Shown: positions 1 to 13,500 of the stretch, in pieces
Numbering within the stretch: the first letter of the stretch is position 1
Layout of the letters: each line of letters starts with the position of its first letter
NCBI GenBank assembly: GCA_032718475.1
Contig: JAUCBJ010004681.1
Location: 1 to 39,976, forward strand
Direction: 5' to 3'
DNA length: 39,976 nt
DNA from: Nemertoderma westbladi
Lineage: Eukaryota > Animalia > Xenacoelomorpha
The notes under the pieces: generated by a model
What the model saw: only the letters and a program-made list of their open reading frames with translations
Databases searched by the model: none
Told to the model about the DNA's origin: nothing
Position numbers and translations under genes: made by a program

Positions 1-313
1 CCCCATAAATTTTTCAAAAACATTAATTTTGTGTTGAAATTTTCACTGAAGATATCCTACATATCTATTATCTAGGTTCATTGGGCCAAACTCTTGGACC
101 GAGAACTGCAACCCAATTGGTACTACAGATCCTTTTACATAAGATATTTTTCATAAAAACCCTCAAAATCTTTACAAATTAAAAAAAAACCGACTTCCAC
201 AAAAAGTCCCATATTTTTCGAACAAAATGGTTTGGGAAGGTATCCATACTCAGTAATCTTAGTTAAAGATCACAGATAATTGTGTTAAAGTTATGAAATT
301 GATAAAAATGGAG

Positions 314-629
314 CCGACCATGTTTTAATAACTCATCAGTGAACCGACCACGTATTAATAACTCACCAGTGAACCGACCACGTATTAATAACTACCAGTG
401 AACCGACCACGTTTTAATAACTCGCCAGTGAACCGACCACGTTTTAATAACTCACCAGTGAACCGATCACGTTTTAATAACTCACCAGTGAACCGACCAC
501 GTTTTAATAACTCGCCAGTGAACCGACCACGTTTTAATAACTCGCCAGTGAACCGACCACGTTTTAATAACTCACCAGTGAACCGATCACGTTTTAATAA
601 CTCACCAGTGAACCGACCACGTTTTAATA
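314..629. repeat. 27-bp minisatellite, distal part (~12 copies; ccagtgaaccgaccacgttttaataactca pattern)
   Basis: Directly visible tandem copies; same unit as 3536-4380. Confidence 0.97.
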
Positions 630-3535
630 CTACTACTACTACTACTAGGATCGGCATGCTGCATTGCAGCTGCATTTTTAAGAATGCTGTGCCGGCTAAT
701 TGACAAAATTGCACCGCCACAACTCCCTATCACCCATGACATTTGCTAGATCATCCTCATCTTCAAGGCCAGTGTCCTTTAAGATGCGTCTCAAGAAAGT
801 CATGGGCTGTCCAGTGTCCACCATGCTTATTCACTCCATGAGGCTGCCAAAGTACAAGATTATGCACTGGCTGGTCCTCACGGCGAAAGCAATGTCCTAC
901 AAAGCGGAGGCGATTTTGTTCTAGTGTCAAGCTTGGGGGAACCAATGAGACACCTCCAATGATATATAGTGTCTGGTTGGAGATGCGTGCATTGTACTTG
1001 ACACAATGAACCCGGCGTAGCATTCTTGTGAATGTGCCACCTAGAGATTTGGTGTCCTCAGCAGTTAGAGCCCAACATGGACTCCCATAGATGAGTACTG
1101 GAACTACTGCTGCTCTAAATAATCGGATCTTAAGTTTCCGATTAACTCTCGGTGACTTCCAAATCCTGGAAAGCCTATTCAAGGCTGCCCATGCCTTCCC
1201 CTTACGTATTCGAAGGTCCTCACCTGACATCCGGATCCATGCTGCCAGGTAACAGAAGTCATCCACATGCTCAAGCATACCATCTTTTGAGCTTATGCTC
1301 ATCCGATCAGAGACTTGCTGAGGACTTTCAAAGTTAACTGTCAAAATTTTGGTCTTTCTGGAGTTAATAAAAAGACCAACACTAGAAGCAGCATGTTCTA
1401 ATGAGCTGAGGAGCCGTTGGGCTCCCTCTAGTGATTCTGAGAGTACTCCTAAGTCATCGGCAAAGTCTAGATCAGTTAGGTACTGGGCAGGATTTCCTCG
1501 ACTTCTGGAGCCAGTAGGTGGAGTTATCATCACCCCATCATCATTATGATGCAATTTCAGAAACAATTATGAACAAGAATGGTGCAAGTGTGTCTCCCTG
1601 GAGGACAGCCCATAACACTTAAAATGGTTCTGTGTCACCGTCAAGAGTAGACACAAATGTTGTCGAACCATCGTATACTGATCTGATTGCTGCAATAATT
1701 TCATCAGGAATCCCATATAATGAAAGTATGCTGAACATACGTGAGCGAGAGACTGAATCAAAGGCCTTGAAAAAGTCAACAAAGATAACAGCCAGATGCC
1801 TGTCTTTCTTTTTTGATAAACTCTTCAATTATCCTTCCAAATGCCAAAATGGGCTCCATGGTCCCACGACCTTTACGGAACCCATTCTGATTTCCACGGA
1901 GCAGTCTCTCAATGGGATCCCTGATGCGATTTAATATAATTCTATTCTATAGCTTTGCAGCAATCGAGATCAATGAGATTCCCCGAAAAGAACCATAGAG
2001 TGTTAGGTTGCTCTTCTTGGGAACTGGCACCAACTTATTTGTTTTCATTTCTTGTGGGACTCTTGTTGTTCGGTACATGTCTACTATGATGGGATAGATG
2101 AGCTTTAAACACACAGGTATTTTAAAGACCTCAGGGGGAACACCATCTACTCCACTGGCACGATTGGTCTTAATGCTCTTTGCAGCAGCCTTCACTTCTG
2201 CAAAGGAGATATCACCAATGGGAATATCTGGGAGTACAGACTCAGACACTTTTACTTCTATAAAGTTATCAGGCAATACCCTGTCATTATTGAGGAGCTT
2301 TTCAAAGTGGGCCTTCCAACCATTGAGGCGATCGGCTGGTGATTCAGCCTTAACCTTGGTGGTTGGTTGGCTTTTTCGACCAGCAAGCAAGTTGATCGAT
2401 CTCCATGCCTGGGATGATTGCCTGCTGTCGTCAGCATCATTGATGGCATCAACCTGTTGGTTTATTAGCTCCTGTAAATTAACAGAGTACTGCCTGTTCA
2501 GGGACCTAGATGCAGCCTTAACTGCATTCTTGGCCGCTGTAGTCTGTTTGAGTCGGGACTCTTTCTGCGCCTTGTAAAGGTCATTTCGGCACTTCTGAAT
2601 TTTGTTGTCAGTCCAGATGGCCCGTTTCCTGTTTCGAGGGTATACAGGAACTGTTTCTGCAGCTGCTAACTTAACTGCCTCTGTGAAGGCAGTATAGCCT
2701 CACAGTGATCTGCCGCCTCAGAGGCAAGAACCTCATACCTGTTGCTCAGGTGTAGTGTGAAGCTGGATCTCACACTTGGCTGTTGCAACAGAGAGGACCA
2801 GTCATGCCGCGGCAAGGCAGATTTCGTTGTTCTGCTAGCACGCAGACTAAGTCTTACCTTGGCCACAATAGGGCGGTGATCACTGGAGAAGGGTCGTAGT
2901 GTAAATGTATTACAGTCTTGTATAGAGCTCCTGTATTTCCTACGAAACAGGATATGCTCTATCTGGGACTTGTGACCACTGGGTCCACTATGAGTCCATA
3001 GCTTTCCAGTTCGCTTCTTGAACTGGGTTCCAGCCGAAAACAATCCATTTCCAGAGATAAAATCCTGAAGATGGACGGAATTTCGGTTAACACTATTGCT
3101 ATAGACCCAGGGCGATGTAGGTGATTGATGCAGACTTGCATTAAAGTCTCCCAGGAATGTTAAGTATGCATGCTGATCCACTCCATCAGTAGCTGCTTGT
3201 AGATTCTGGTAGAAATTGTCCACCTCCTCTACAGGGGCAACACTAGTTGGAGAGTAGCACACAATCAGAACCACCTTAGGAAACTTCTTAGCCAGTCTTC
3301 CAGAACATGAGAAGTGGCAACGGATGATGCGGTTAGAGATTTGGTCTATTTTGTCTAATGCTGCATGTGCAGTTGGATTCATCAATAGACCAATACCACC
3401 ATTGCCACTATCATCTGCTGAAGCGAGGGCGAGTTGCCAACTGTCCCATAATGTCCTTAATCAGAACCTCCTCAGTCTGTCCAGTCTGCATTCGGTGCTC
3501 TTGAACACCCACTGCACTAAGAAAAAGCTTATCTG
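630..3535 (-). mobile_element. Decayed non-LTR retrotransposon (RTE-like LINE; APE endonuclease plus reverse transcriptase), slightly 5'-truncated
   Basis: Endonuclease motifs AVGVQEHR, CYSPT, GDFNA, WTH, SDHRP. RT motifs RGISL, FVDFFKAFDSV, frameshifted QGDTLAPFLF, DFADDL. Several frameshifts and stops. (TAG)6 tail at 630-647 and apparent 13-bp TSD ccacgttttaata (617-629, 3536-3548). Clade inferred from single-ORF layout and short-repeat tail. Confidence 0.92.
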
Positions 3536-4380
3536 CCACGTTTTAATAACTCACCAGTGAACCGACCACGTTTTAATAACTCACCAGTGAACCGACCACG
3601 TTTTAATAACTCGCCAGTGAACCGACCACGTTTTAATAACTCACCAGCAAACCGACCACGTTTTAATAACTCACCAGCAAACCGACCACGTTTTAATAAC
3701 TCACCAGTGAACCGACCACGTTTTAATAACTCACCAGTGAATCGACCACGTTTTAATAACTCACCAGTGAACCGACCACGTTTTAATAACTCACCAGTGA
3801 ACCGACCACGTTTTAATAACTCACCAGTGAACCGACCACGTTTTAATAACTCGCCAGTGAACCGACCACGTTTTAATAACTCACCAGTGAACCGACCACG
3901 TTTTAATAACTCACCAGTGAACCGACCACGTTTTAATAACTCACCAGTGAACCGACCACGTTTTAATAACTCACCAGTGAACCGACCACGTTTTAATAAC
4001 TCACCAGTGAACCGACCACGTTTTAATAACTCACCAGTGAACCGACCACGTTTTAATAACTCACCAGTGAACCGACCACGTTTTAATAACTCACCAGTGA
4101 ACCGACCACGTTTTAATAACTCACCAGTGAACCGACCACGTTTTAATAACTCGCCAGTGAACCGACCACGTTTTAATAACTCACCAGTAAACCGACCACG
4201 TTTTAATAACTCACCAGTGAACCGACCACGTTTTAATAACTCACCAGCAAACCGACCACGTTTTAATAACTCACCAGTGAACCGACCACGTTTTAATAAC
4301 TCACCAGTAAACCGACCACGTTTTAATAACTCGCCAGTGAACCGACCACGTTTTAATAACTCACCAGTGAACCGACCATG
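3536..4380. repeat. 27-bp minisatellite, proximal part (~31 copies), overlapping the exon J donor
   Basis: Near-perfect tandem copies; minus-strand unit TGGTCGGTTCACTG|GTGAGTTATTAAAACG-type spans the exon/intron boundary. Confidence 0.97.
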
Positions 4381-4526
4381 TTCCCACATATCCGGTGAGT
4401 AAGGGAGACGTACATCTGGTTGATGACAAGGCAGTTTCCAACGTCGTTGTCGATGGAACTGGTAGACCAGTCGACGAAGTCGTTAACGTATGCTTTCATA
4501 CGAAGCCCGTAGTCCTTCACAAGTTC
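4365..4526 (-). CDS. prom: prominin exon J (ELVKDYGLRMKAYVNDFVDWSTSSIDNDVGNCLVINQMYVSLTHRICGNMVGSL), segment just before TM5
   Basis: Weak acceptor gttgaag (exact start less certain), donor CTG|gtgagt, 162 nt. W...I...V..C and C....L spacing as in prominins. Read-through hits TAA three codons later (ORF 4353..4592 ends GSLVSY*). Confidence 0.87.
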
Positions 4527-7500
4527 CTTCAACGTCAATTTATTAAAAATAAGTGTTAATCCAATACAACCAATACTACTTATAACCGTCATTTATAAGG
4601 TGTAACGTGGTTTAGTTTTAATTTTCTTGCAAACAATACTCCCAAGATTTTCAGCACCAAACACGAAAATCGTCATATTCCAGAGGTAGTTCCTTGCCCA
4701 GACCACTGGTGTAAACTATCTTTACACGTTTTGTATAGTTATAAATAAATATATTACAACTGTTGTAATAATTTACTTTACATCATTCTAACGCGATCAT
4801 TTTAACAATCTAACCTTGCTAATAGTTTTTGTTATTTGTTCGTTGGTATATTCTTTTGCTTCCACAGTTTTCAGACGAACTTCTTCAACTCGTGTCTTGA
4901 AATCACTCAATAGTCTCTCCAACGACTTCATGTCGTTGTCGATGTCGTCAACTCTATATTAATAATAACTTAATAAATTAATTTAATGAAAATAAAAAGT
5001 AAAATTGTTCACCTCTTTATTCAATAACGGTACAATTTGGTACCGTATTGGGATAAATAAAGTGCCATGTGAGGAAATTAAAGTGGATTTGAGATGAAAT
5101 AATTGTAAATTATTTATTGTTGTGGGGAATAATACGTGGTTGGCGAATTGGGCTGTGTTAATAATAAATCATAATTTATTCATAGCCAAACTGAAAACTG
5201 AAATGTTAGTTAGCAACTGTATATGTTAGAGGTCACAATATGGTCCATGGCATACGACATACATAAAGCATTTGAGGATATAAATTTGAATGATTTTCTG
5301 ATATAAATTTGAATTTCAAAGTAGCTGAATACTCTCTCAGAAGGACAATAGAATATATACAAAATGAAACATTCAATGGAACATCGTTGGAACAGCCAAT
5401 GTATCTTACCTGTTCTTGATAGCTCTAACAGTGTTACCATTCAACCAACGAAGTTTACCCATTATATATTTGACAGCCTGTACATCGTCTTTATCGGTAA
5501 GCTCTTCAGACTTCGTCGATAAACTATCCGCTACTCCATTCAGGCTCTCTACAGTAATCTGGCGGTTTTCAATGGCATCGTTGATCTTAACAAAAATAAA
5601 AAACGTTTATCAAAGGGATTGGCCGACGACATTGTTAAAATATTATTGTTTTATTCCCATAATAATACGAAGTTTAATATAAAGGATGATTCATACGATA
5701 GTCACAATATTAACGTAGACAACTCCAATAGTCCGAATTACAAAACGGCTAGGAAACCAATGTGAAATTAGCAAAAACAAATGTAGGATTTGGTAATTAA
5801 TATAATCATAGTGTACTGGGATCCTGATAGAATTCGCTATCTGGCGCTATAATATCCTATCTGGCGCTATACTATAATCTCCTATCTGGCGCTATATTCT
5901 CCTATCTGGCGCTATACTCAGCTATCTGGCGCTATACTCAGCTATCTGGCGCTATACTCAGCTACCTGGCGCTATAATCTCCTATCTGGCGCTATAATCT
6001 CCTATCTGGCGCTATACTCAGCTACCTGGCGATGTACTCTCCAATCTGGCGCTATACTCAGCTATCTGGCGCTATACTCAGATACCTGGCGCTATAATCT
6101 CCTATCTGGCGCTATAATCTCCTATCTGGCGCTATACTCAGCTACCTGACGATATACTATCCTATCTGGCGCTATACTCAGCTATCTGGCGCTATACTCA
6201 GCTACCTGGCGCTATAATCTCCTATCTGGCGCTATACTCTCCTATCTGATGCTATAATCTCCTATCTGGCGCTATAATATCCTATCTGGCGCTATACTCT
6301 CCTATCTGGCGCTATACTCAGGTACCTGGCGATATACTCTCCTATCTGGCGCTATACTCAGCTATCTGGCGCTATACTCAGCTACCTGGCGCTATAATAT
6401 CCTATCTGGCGCTATACTCTCCTATCTGGCGCTATAATCTCCTATCTGGCGCTATAATCTCCTATCTGGCGCTATACTCTCCTATCTGGCGCTATAATCT
6501 TCTATCTGGCGCTATAATCTCCTATCTGGCGCTATACTCAGCTATCTGGCTCTATACTCAGCTATCTGGCGCTATACACAGCTATCTGGCGCTATAATCT
6601 CCTATCTTGCTCTATAATCTCCTATCTGGCGCTATACTCCCCTATCTGGCGTTATAATCTCCTATCTGGCGCTATAATCTCCTATCTGGCGCTATAATCT
6701 CCTATCTGGCGCTATACTCAGCTATCTGGCTCTATACTCAGCTATATGGCGCTATAATCTCCCATCTGGCGCTATAATCTCCTATCTGGCGCTATAATGT
6801 CCTATCTGGCGCTATACTCAGCTATCTGGCGCTATAATCTCCTATCTGGCGCTATAATCTCCTATCTGGCGCTATACTCAGCTTTCTGGCGCTATACTCA
6901 GCTATCTGGCGCTATAATCTGTTACCTGGCGCTATAATCTGCTATCTGGCGCTATAATCTGTTATCTGGCGCTATAATCTCCTATAACATGCATCTGGCG
7001 CTATGAACTGTTATCTGGCGCTATAATCTGTTAAATGGCGCTATAAAATGCTATCTGGCGCTATAATCTGTTATCTGGTGACATACTCTGTTATCTGGCG
7101 CTATAATATGCTATCTGGTGCTATAATCTGCAATCTGGCGCTATAATATGCTATCTGGTGCTATAATCTGCAATATGGCGCTATAATGCTATCTGCTATA
7201 TGGCGCTATAATCTGTTATATATGCTATAATATGTTATATGCCGCTATAATATGTTATCTGGCGCTATAATCTGCTACCTGGCCCCAAATGTAATTAATT
7301 GTTTGGGTTAGCTATGTTGACTAACGCAACTGACAACGGAACAAGTACAGCTTTATAGAACCTGTATCAATAATATACGAAAGTTATACCCTCACAAATA
7401 AATATAATGCAAATACTAAATAAACTTACAACTGGTCTATATTTAGTAATGAGTTTGTCTCCTATGATGTCATCGTGTAACTTTTGGGAAGCGATGAAAT

Positions 7501-10500
7501 ATTCATCAAGAGCGTCTATTGGTTGGAAGGAAACTAGTTTCACCGCATCGCAAACGTCGTCAATGGATTTACCAACATCAGAAATCTACGAATGGAAATT
7601 AAGTTAAGTAAATTTAATAAATAAACCAAAACTCCACAACAATCTAAAAATCGATCAAAATCTATGCAAATTCTACTACAGAGAGACATTAGTGAGAATT
7701 GTGTGGAAAAGTTATGTTATTATTTAACATCTTAATTTTATAATAAAAAAATGTATATTTGTGCGATAATCAGTCAGACAGTTGGTTTTCTTTAAATACT
7801 AATAGGTCACTGTGCAAAAAGCGCAAGTTTTATGCAAAATTTCAAAATTGGTCGAATAGGCAAGTATCTTATATCATTCGATAGCTTTTTTCGTGTTGAA
7901 AACGAATCCGATAATAAAACATACGTTGATTCAGGTTGTGGAAAGTTATTGAGCTAAAACTCAAATTTTCACCCAAAGTCTACAACTTTTCATGTAGAAC
8001 TTGATATAAAATTCCAAAGTCTACATTTTGATGTAGACTTTGGGTACTATCGATTCAAAGTCTACAAAAATTATGTCTAAGTTTATATTTCACAGTTGGT
8101 AACTACAGCAATTCTCTGTCTACATCATAGTTGGAAAGCGTGAGTAAAGTAATAACATACACTAATATCTCATAGTTGGAAAGCGTGAGTAAAGTAATAA
8201 CATACACTAATATCTTATAGTTGGAAAGCGTGAGTAAAGTAATAACATACACTAATATCTCATAGTTGGAAAGCGTGAGTAAAGTAATAACATACACTAA
8301 TATCTCATAGTTGGAAAGCGTGAGTAAAGTAATAACATACACTAATATCTCATAGTTGGAAAGCGTGAGTAAAGTAATAACATACACTAATATCTCATAG
8401 TTGGAAAGCGTGAGTAAAGTAATAACATACACTAATATCTCATAGTTGGAAAGCGTGAGTAAAGTAATAACATACACTAATATCTCATAGTTGGAAAGCG
8501 TGAGTAAAGTAATAACATACACTAATATCTCATAGTTGGAAAGCGTGAGTAAAGTAATAACATACACTAATATCTCATAGTTGGAAAGCGTGAGTAAAGT
8601 AATAACATACACTAATATATCATAGTTGGAAAGCGTGAGTAAAGTAATAACATACACTAATATCTCATAGTTGGAAAGCGTGAGTAAAGTAATAACATAC
8701 ACTAATATCTCATAGTTGGAAAGCGTGAGTAAAGTAATAACATACACTAATATCTCATAGTTGGAAAGCGTGAGTAAAGTAATAACATACACTAATATCT
8801 CATAGTTGGAAAGCGTGAGTAAAGTAATAACATACACTAATATCTCATAGTTGGAAAGCGTGAGTAAAGTAATAACATACACTAATATCTCATAGTTGGA
8901 AAGCGTGAGTAAAGTAATAACATACACTAATATCGCATAGTTGGAAAGCGTGAGTAAAGTAATAACATACACTAATATCTCATAGTTGGAAAGCGTGAGT
9001 AAAGTAATAACATACACTAATATCTCAGAGTTGGAAAGCGTAAGTAAAGTAATAACATACACTAATATCTCATAGTTGGAAAGCGTGAGTAAAGTAATAA
9101 CATACACTAATATCTCATAGTTGGAAAGCGTGAGTAAAGTAATAACATACACTTATATCTCAGAGTTGGAAAGAGTAAGTAAAGTAATAACATACACTAA
9201 TATCTCATAGTTGGAAAGCGTGAGTAAAGTAATAACATACACTAATATATCATAGTTGGAAACCGTGAGTAAAGTAATAACATTCACTAATATCTCATAG
9301 TTGGAAAGCGTGAGTAAAGTAATAACATACACTAATATCTCATAGTTGGAAAGCGTGAGTAAAGTAATAACATACACTAATATCTCATAGTTGGAAAGCG
9401 TGAGTAAAGTAATAACATACACTTATATCTCAGAGTTGGAAAGAGTAAGTAAAGTAATAACATACACTAATATATCATAGTTGGAAAGCGTGAGTAAAGT
9501 AATAACATACACTAATATATCATAGTTGGAAACCGTGAGTAAAGTAATAACATTCACTAATATCTCATAGTTGGAAAGCGTGAGTAAAGTAATAACATAC
9601 ACTAATATCTCATAGTTGGAAAGCGTGAGTAAAGTAATAACATACACTAATATCTCAGAGTTGGAAAGCGTAAGTAAAGTAATAACATACACTAATATCT
9701 CATAGTTGGAAAGCGTGAGTAAAGTAATAACATACACTAATATCTCATAGTTGGAAAGCGTGAGTAAAGTAATAACATACACTAATATCTCATAGTTGGA
9801 AAGCGTGAGTAAAGTAATAACATACACTTATATCTCATAGTTGGAAAGCGTGAGTTAAGTAATAACATTCACTAATATCTCATAGTTGGAAAGCGTGAGT
9901 AAAGTAATAACATACACTAATATCTCATAGCTGGAAAGCGTGAGTAAAGTAATAACATACACTTATATCTCAGAGTTGGAAAGAGTAAGTAAAGTAATAA
10001 CATACACTAATATCTCATAGTTGGAAAGCGTGAGTAAAGTAATAACATACACTAATATCTCATAGCTGGAAAGCGTGAGTAAAGTAATAACATACACTTA
10101 TATCTCATAGTTGGAAAGAGTAAGTAAAGTAATAACATACACTAATATCTCATAGTTGGAAAGCGTGAGTAAAGTAATAACATACACTAATATCTCATAG
10201 TTGGAAAGCGTGAGTAAAGTAATAACATACACTAATATCTCATAGCTGGAAAGCGTGAGTAAAGTAATAACATACACTTATATCTCAGAGTTGGAAAGAG
10301 TAAGTAAAGTAATAACATACACTAATATCTCATAGTTGGAAAGCGTGAGTAAAGTAATAACATACACTAATATCTCATAGTTGGAAAGCGTGAGTAAAGT
10401 AATAACATAAACTTATATCTCATAGTTGGAAAGCGTGAGTAAAGTAATAACATACACTAATATCTCATAGCTGGAAAGCGTGAGTAAAGTAATAACATAC

Positions 10501-13500
10501 ACTTATATCTCAGAGTTGGAAAGAGTAAGTAAAGTAATAACATACACTAATATCTCATAGTTGGAAAGCGTGAGTAAAGTAATAACATACACTAATATCT
10601 CATAGTTGGAAAGCGTGAGTAAAGTAATAACATACACTAATATCTCAGAGTTAGAAAGCGTGAGTAAAGTAATAACATACACTAATATCTCATAGTTGGA
10701 AAGCGTAAGTAAAGTAATAACATACACTAATATCTCATAGTTGGAAAGCGTGAGTAAAGTAATAACATACACTTATATCTCATAGTTGGAAAGCGTAAGT
10801 AAAGTAATAACATACACTTATATCTCAGAGTTGGAAAGCGTAAGAAAAGTAATAACATACGTACTAATATCTCATAGTTGGAAAGCGTGAGTAAAGTAAT
10901 AACATACACTAATATCTCAGAGTTAGAAAGCGTGAGTAAAGTAATAACATACACTAATATCTCATAGTTGGAAAGCGTAAGTAAAGTAATAACATACACT
11001 TATATCTCAGAGTTAGAAAGCGTGAGTAAAGTAATAACATACACTAATATCTCATAGTTGGAAAGCGTAAGTAAAGTAATAACATACACTTATATCTCAT
11101 AGTTGGAAAGCGTAAGTAAAGTAATAACATACACTTATATCTCAGAGTTGGAAAGCGTAAGAAAAGTAATAACATACGTACTAATATCTCATAGTTGGAA
11201 AGCGTGAGTAAAGTAATAACATACACTAATATCTCAGAGTTAGAAAGCGTGAGTAAAGTAATAACATACACTAATATCTCATAGTTGGAAAGCGTAAGTA
11301 AAGTAATAACATATACTAATATCCCATAGTTGGAAAGCGTGAGTAAAGTAAAAACATACACTAATATCTCATAGTTGGAAAGCGTGAGTAAAGTAATAAC
11401 ATACACTAATATCCCATAGTTGGAAAGCGTGAGTAAAGTAATAACATACACTAATATCTCATAGTTGGAAAGCGTGAGTAAAGTAATAACATACACTAAT
11501 ATCTCATAGTTGGAAAGCGTGAGTAAAGTAATAACATACACTAATATCTCATAGCTGGAAAGCGTGAGTAAAGTAATAACATACACTAATATCTCATAGT
11601 TGGAAAGCGTGAGTAAAGTAATAACATACACTTATATCTCATAGTTGGAAAGCGTAAGTAAAGTAATAACATACACTTATATCTCAGAGTTGGAAAGCGT
11701 AAGAAAAGTAATAACATACGTACTAATATCTCATAGTTGGAAAGCGTGAGTAAAGTAATAACATACACTAATATCTCATAGTTGGAAAGCGTGAGTAAAG
11801 TAATAACATACACTAATATCCCATAGTTGGAAAGCGTGAGTAAAGTAATAACATACACTAATATCTCATAGTTGGAAAGCGTGAGTAAAGTAATAACATA
11901 CACTAATATCTCAGAGTTGGAAAGCGTAAGTAAAGTAATAACATACACTAATATCTCATAGTTGGAAAGCGTGAGTAAAGTAATAACATACACTAATATC
12001 TCAGAGTTGGAAAGCGTAAGTAAAGTAATAACATACACTAATATCTCATAGTTGGAAAGCGTGAGTAAAGTAATAACATACACTTATATCTCAGAGTTGG
12101 AAAGCGTAAGTAAAGTAATAACATACGTACTAATATCTCATAGTTGGAAAGCGTGAGTAAAGTAATAACATACACTAATATATCATAGTTGGAAAGCGTG
12201 AGTAAAGTAATAACATACACTAATATCTCATAGTTGGAAAGCGTGAGTAAAGTAATAACATACACTAATATCTCATAGTTGGAAAGCGTGAGTAAAGTAA
12301 TAACATACACTAATATCTCATAGTTGGAAAGCGTGAGTAAAGTAATAACATACACTTATATCTCATAGTTGGAAAGCGTGAGTAAAGTAATAACATTCAC
12401 TAATATCTCATAGTTGGAAAGCGTGAGTAAAGTAATAACATACACTAATATCTCATAGTTGGAAAGCGTGAGTAAAGTAATAACATACACTAATATCTCA
12501 TAGTTGGAAAGCGTGAGTAAAGTAATAACATACACTTATATCTCAGAGTTGGAAAGCGTGAGTAAAGTAATAACATACACTAATATCTCATAGCTGGAAA
12601 GCGTGAGTAAAGTAATAACATACACTTATATCTCATAGTTGGAAAGCGTGAGTAAAGTAATAACATACACTAATATCTCATAGTTGGAAAGCGTGAGTAA
12701 AGTAATAACATACACTTATATCTCAGAGTTGGAAAGCGTGAGTAAAGTAATAACATACACTAATATCTCATAGCTGGAAAGCGTGAGTAAAGTAATAACA
12801 TACACTTATATCTCAGAGTTGGAAAGCGTAAGTAAAGTAATAACATACACTAATATCTTATAGTTGGAAAGCGTGAGTAAAGTAATAACATACACTAATA
12901 TCTCATAGTTGGAAAGCGTGAGTAAAGTAATAACATACACTAATATCTCATAGTTGGAAAGCGTGAGTAAAGTAATAACATACACTAATATCTCATAGTT
13001 GGAAAGCGTGAGTAAAGTAATAACATACACTAATATCTCATAGCTGGAAAGCGTGAGTAAAGTAATAACATACACTAATATCTCATAGCTGGAAAGCGTG
13101 AGTAAAGTAATAACATACACTTATATCTCAGAGTTGGAAAGAGTAAGTAAAGTAATAACATACACTAATATCTCAGAGTTGGAAAGAGTAAGTAAAGTAA
13201 TAACATACACTAATATCTCATAGTTGGAAAGCGTGAGTAAAGTAATAACATACACTAATATCTCAGAGTTAGAAAGCGTGAGTAAAGTAATAACATACAC
13301 TAATATCTCATAGCTGGAAAGCGTGAGTAAAGTAATAACATACACTAATATCTCAGAGTTAGAAAGCGTGAGTAAAGTAATAACATACACTAATATCTCA
13401 TAGTTGGAAAGCGTGAGTAAAGTAATAACATACGTACTAATATCTCATAGTTGGAAAGCGTGAGTAAAGTAATAACATACACTAATATCTCAGAGTTGGA

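Noticed and set aside
385-4402. NRPRFNNSPV / GRFTGELLKR repeat ORFs
   Set aside because: Product of a 27-bp unit being open in some frames; the frame continuous with exon J stops at once.
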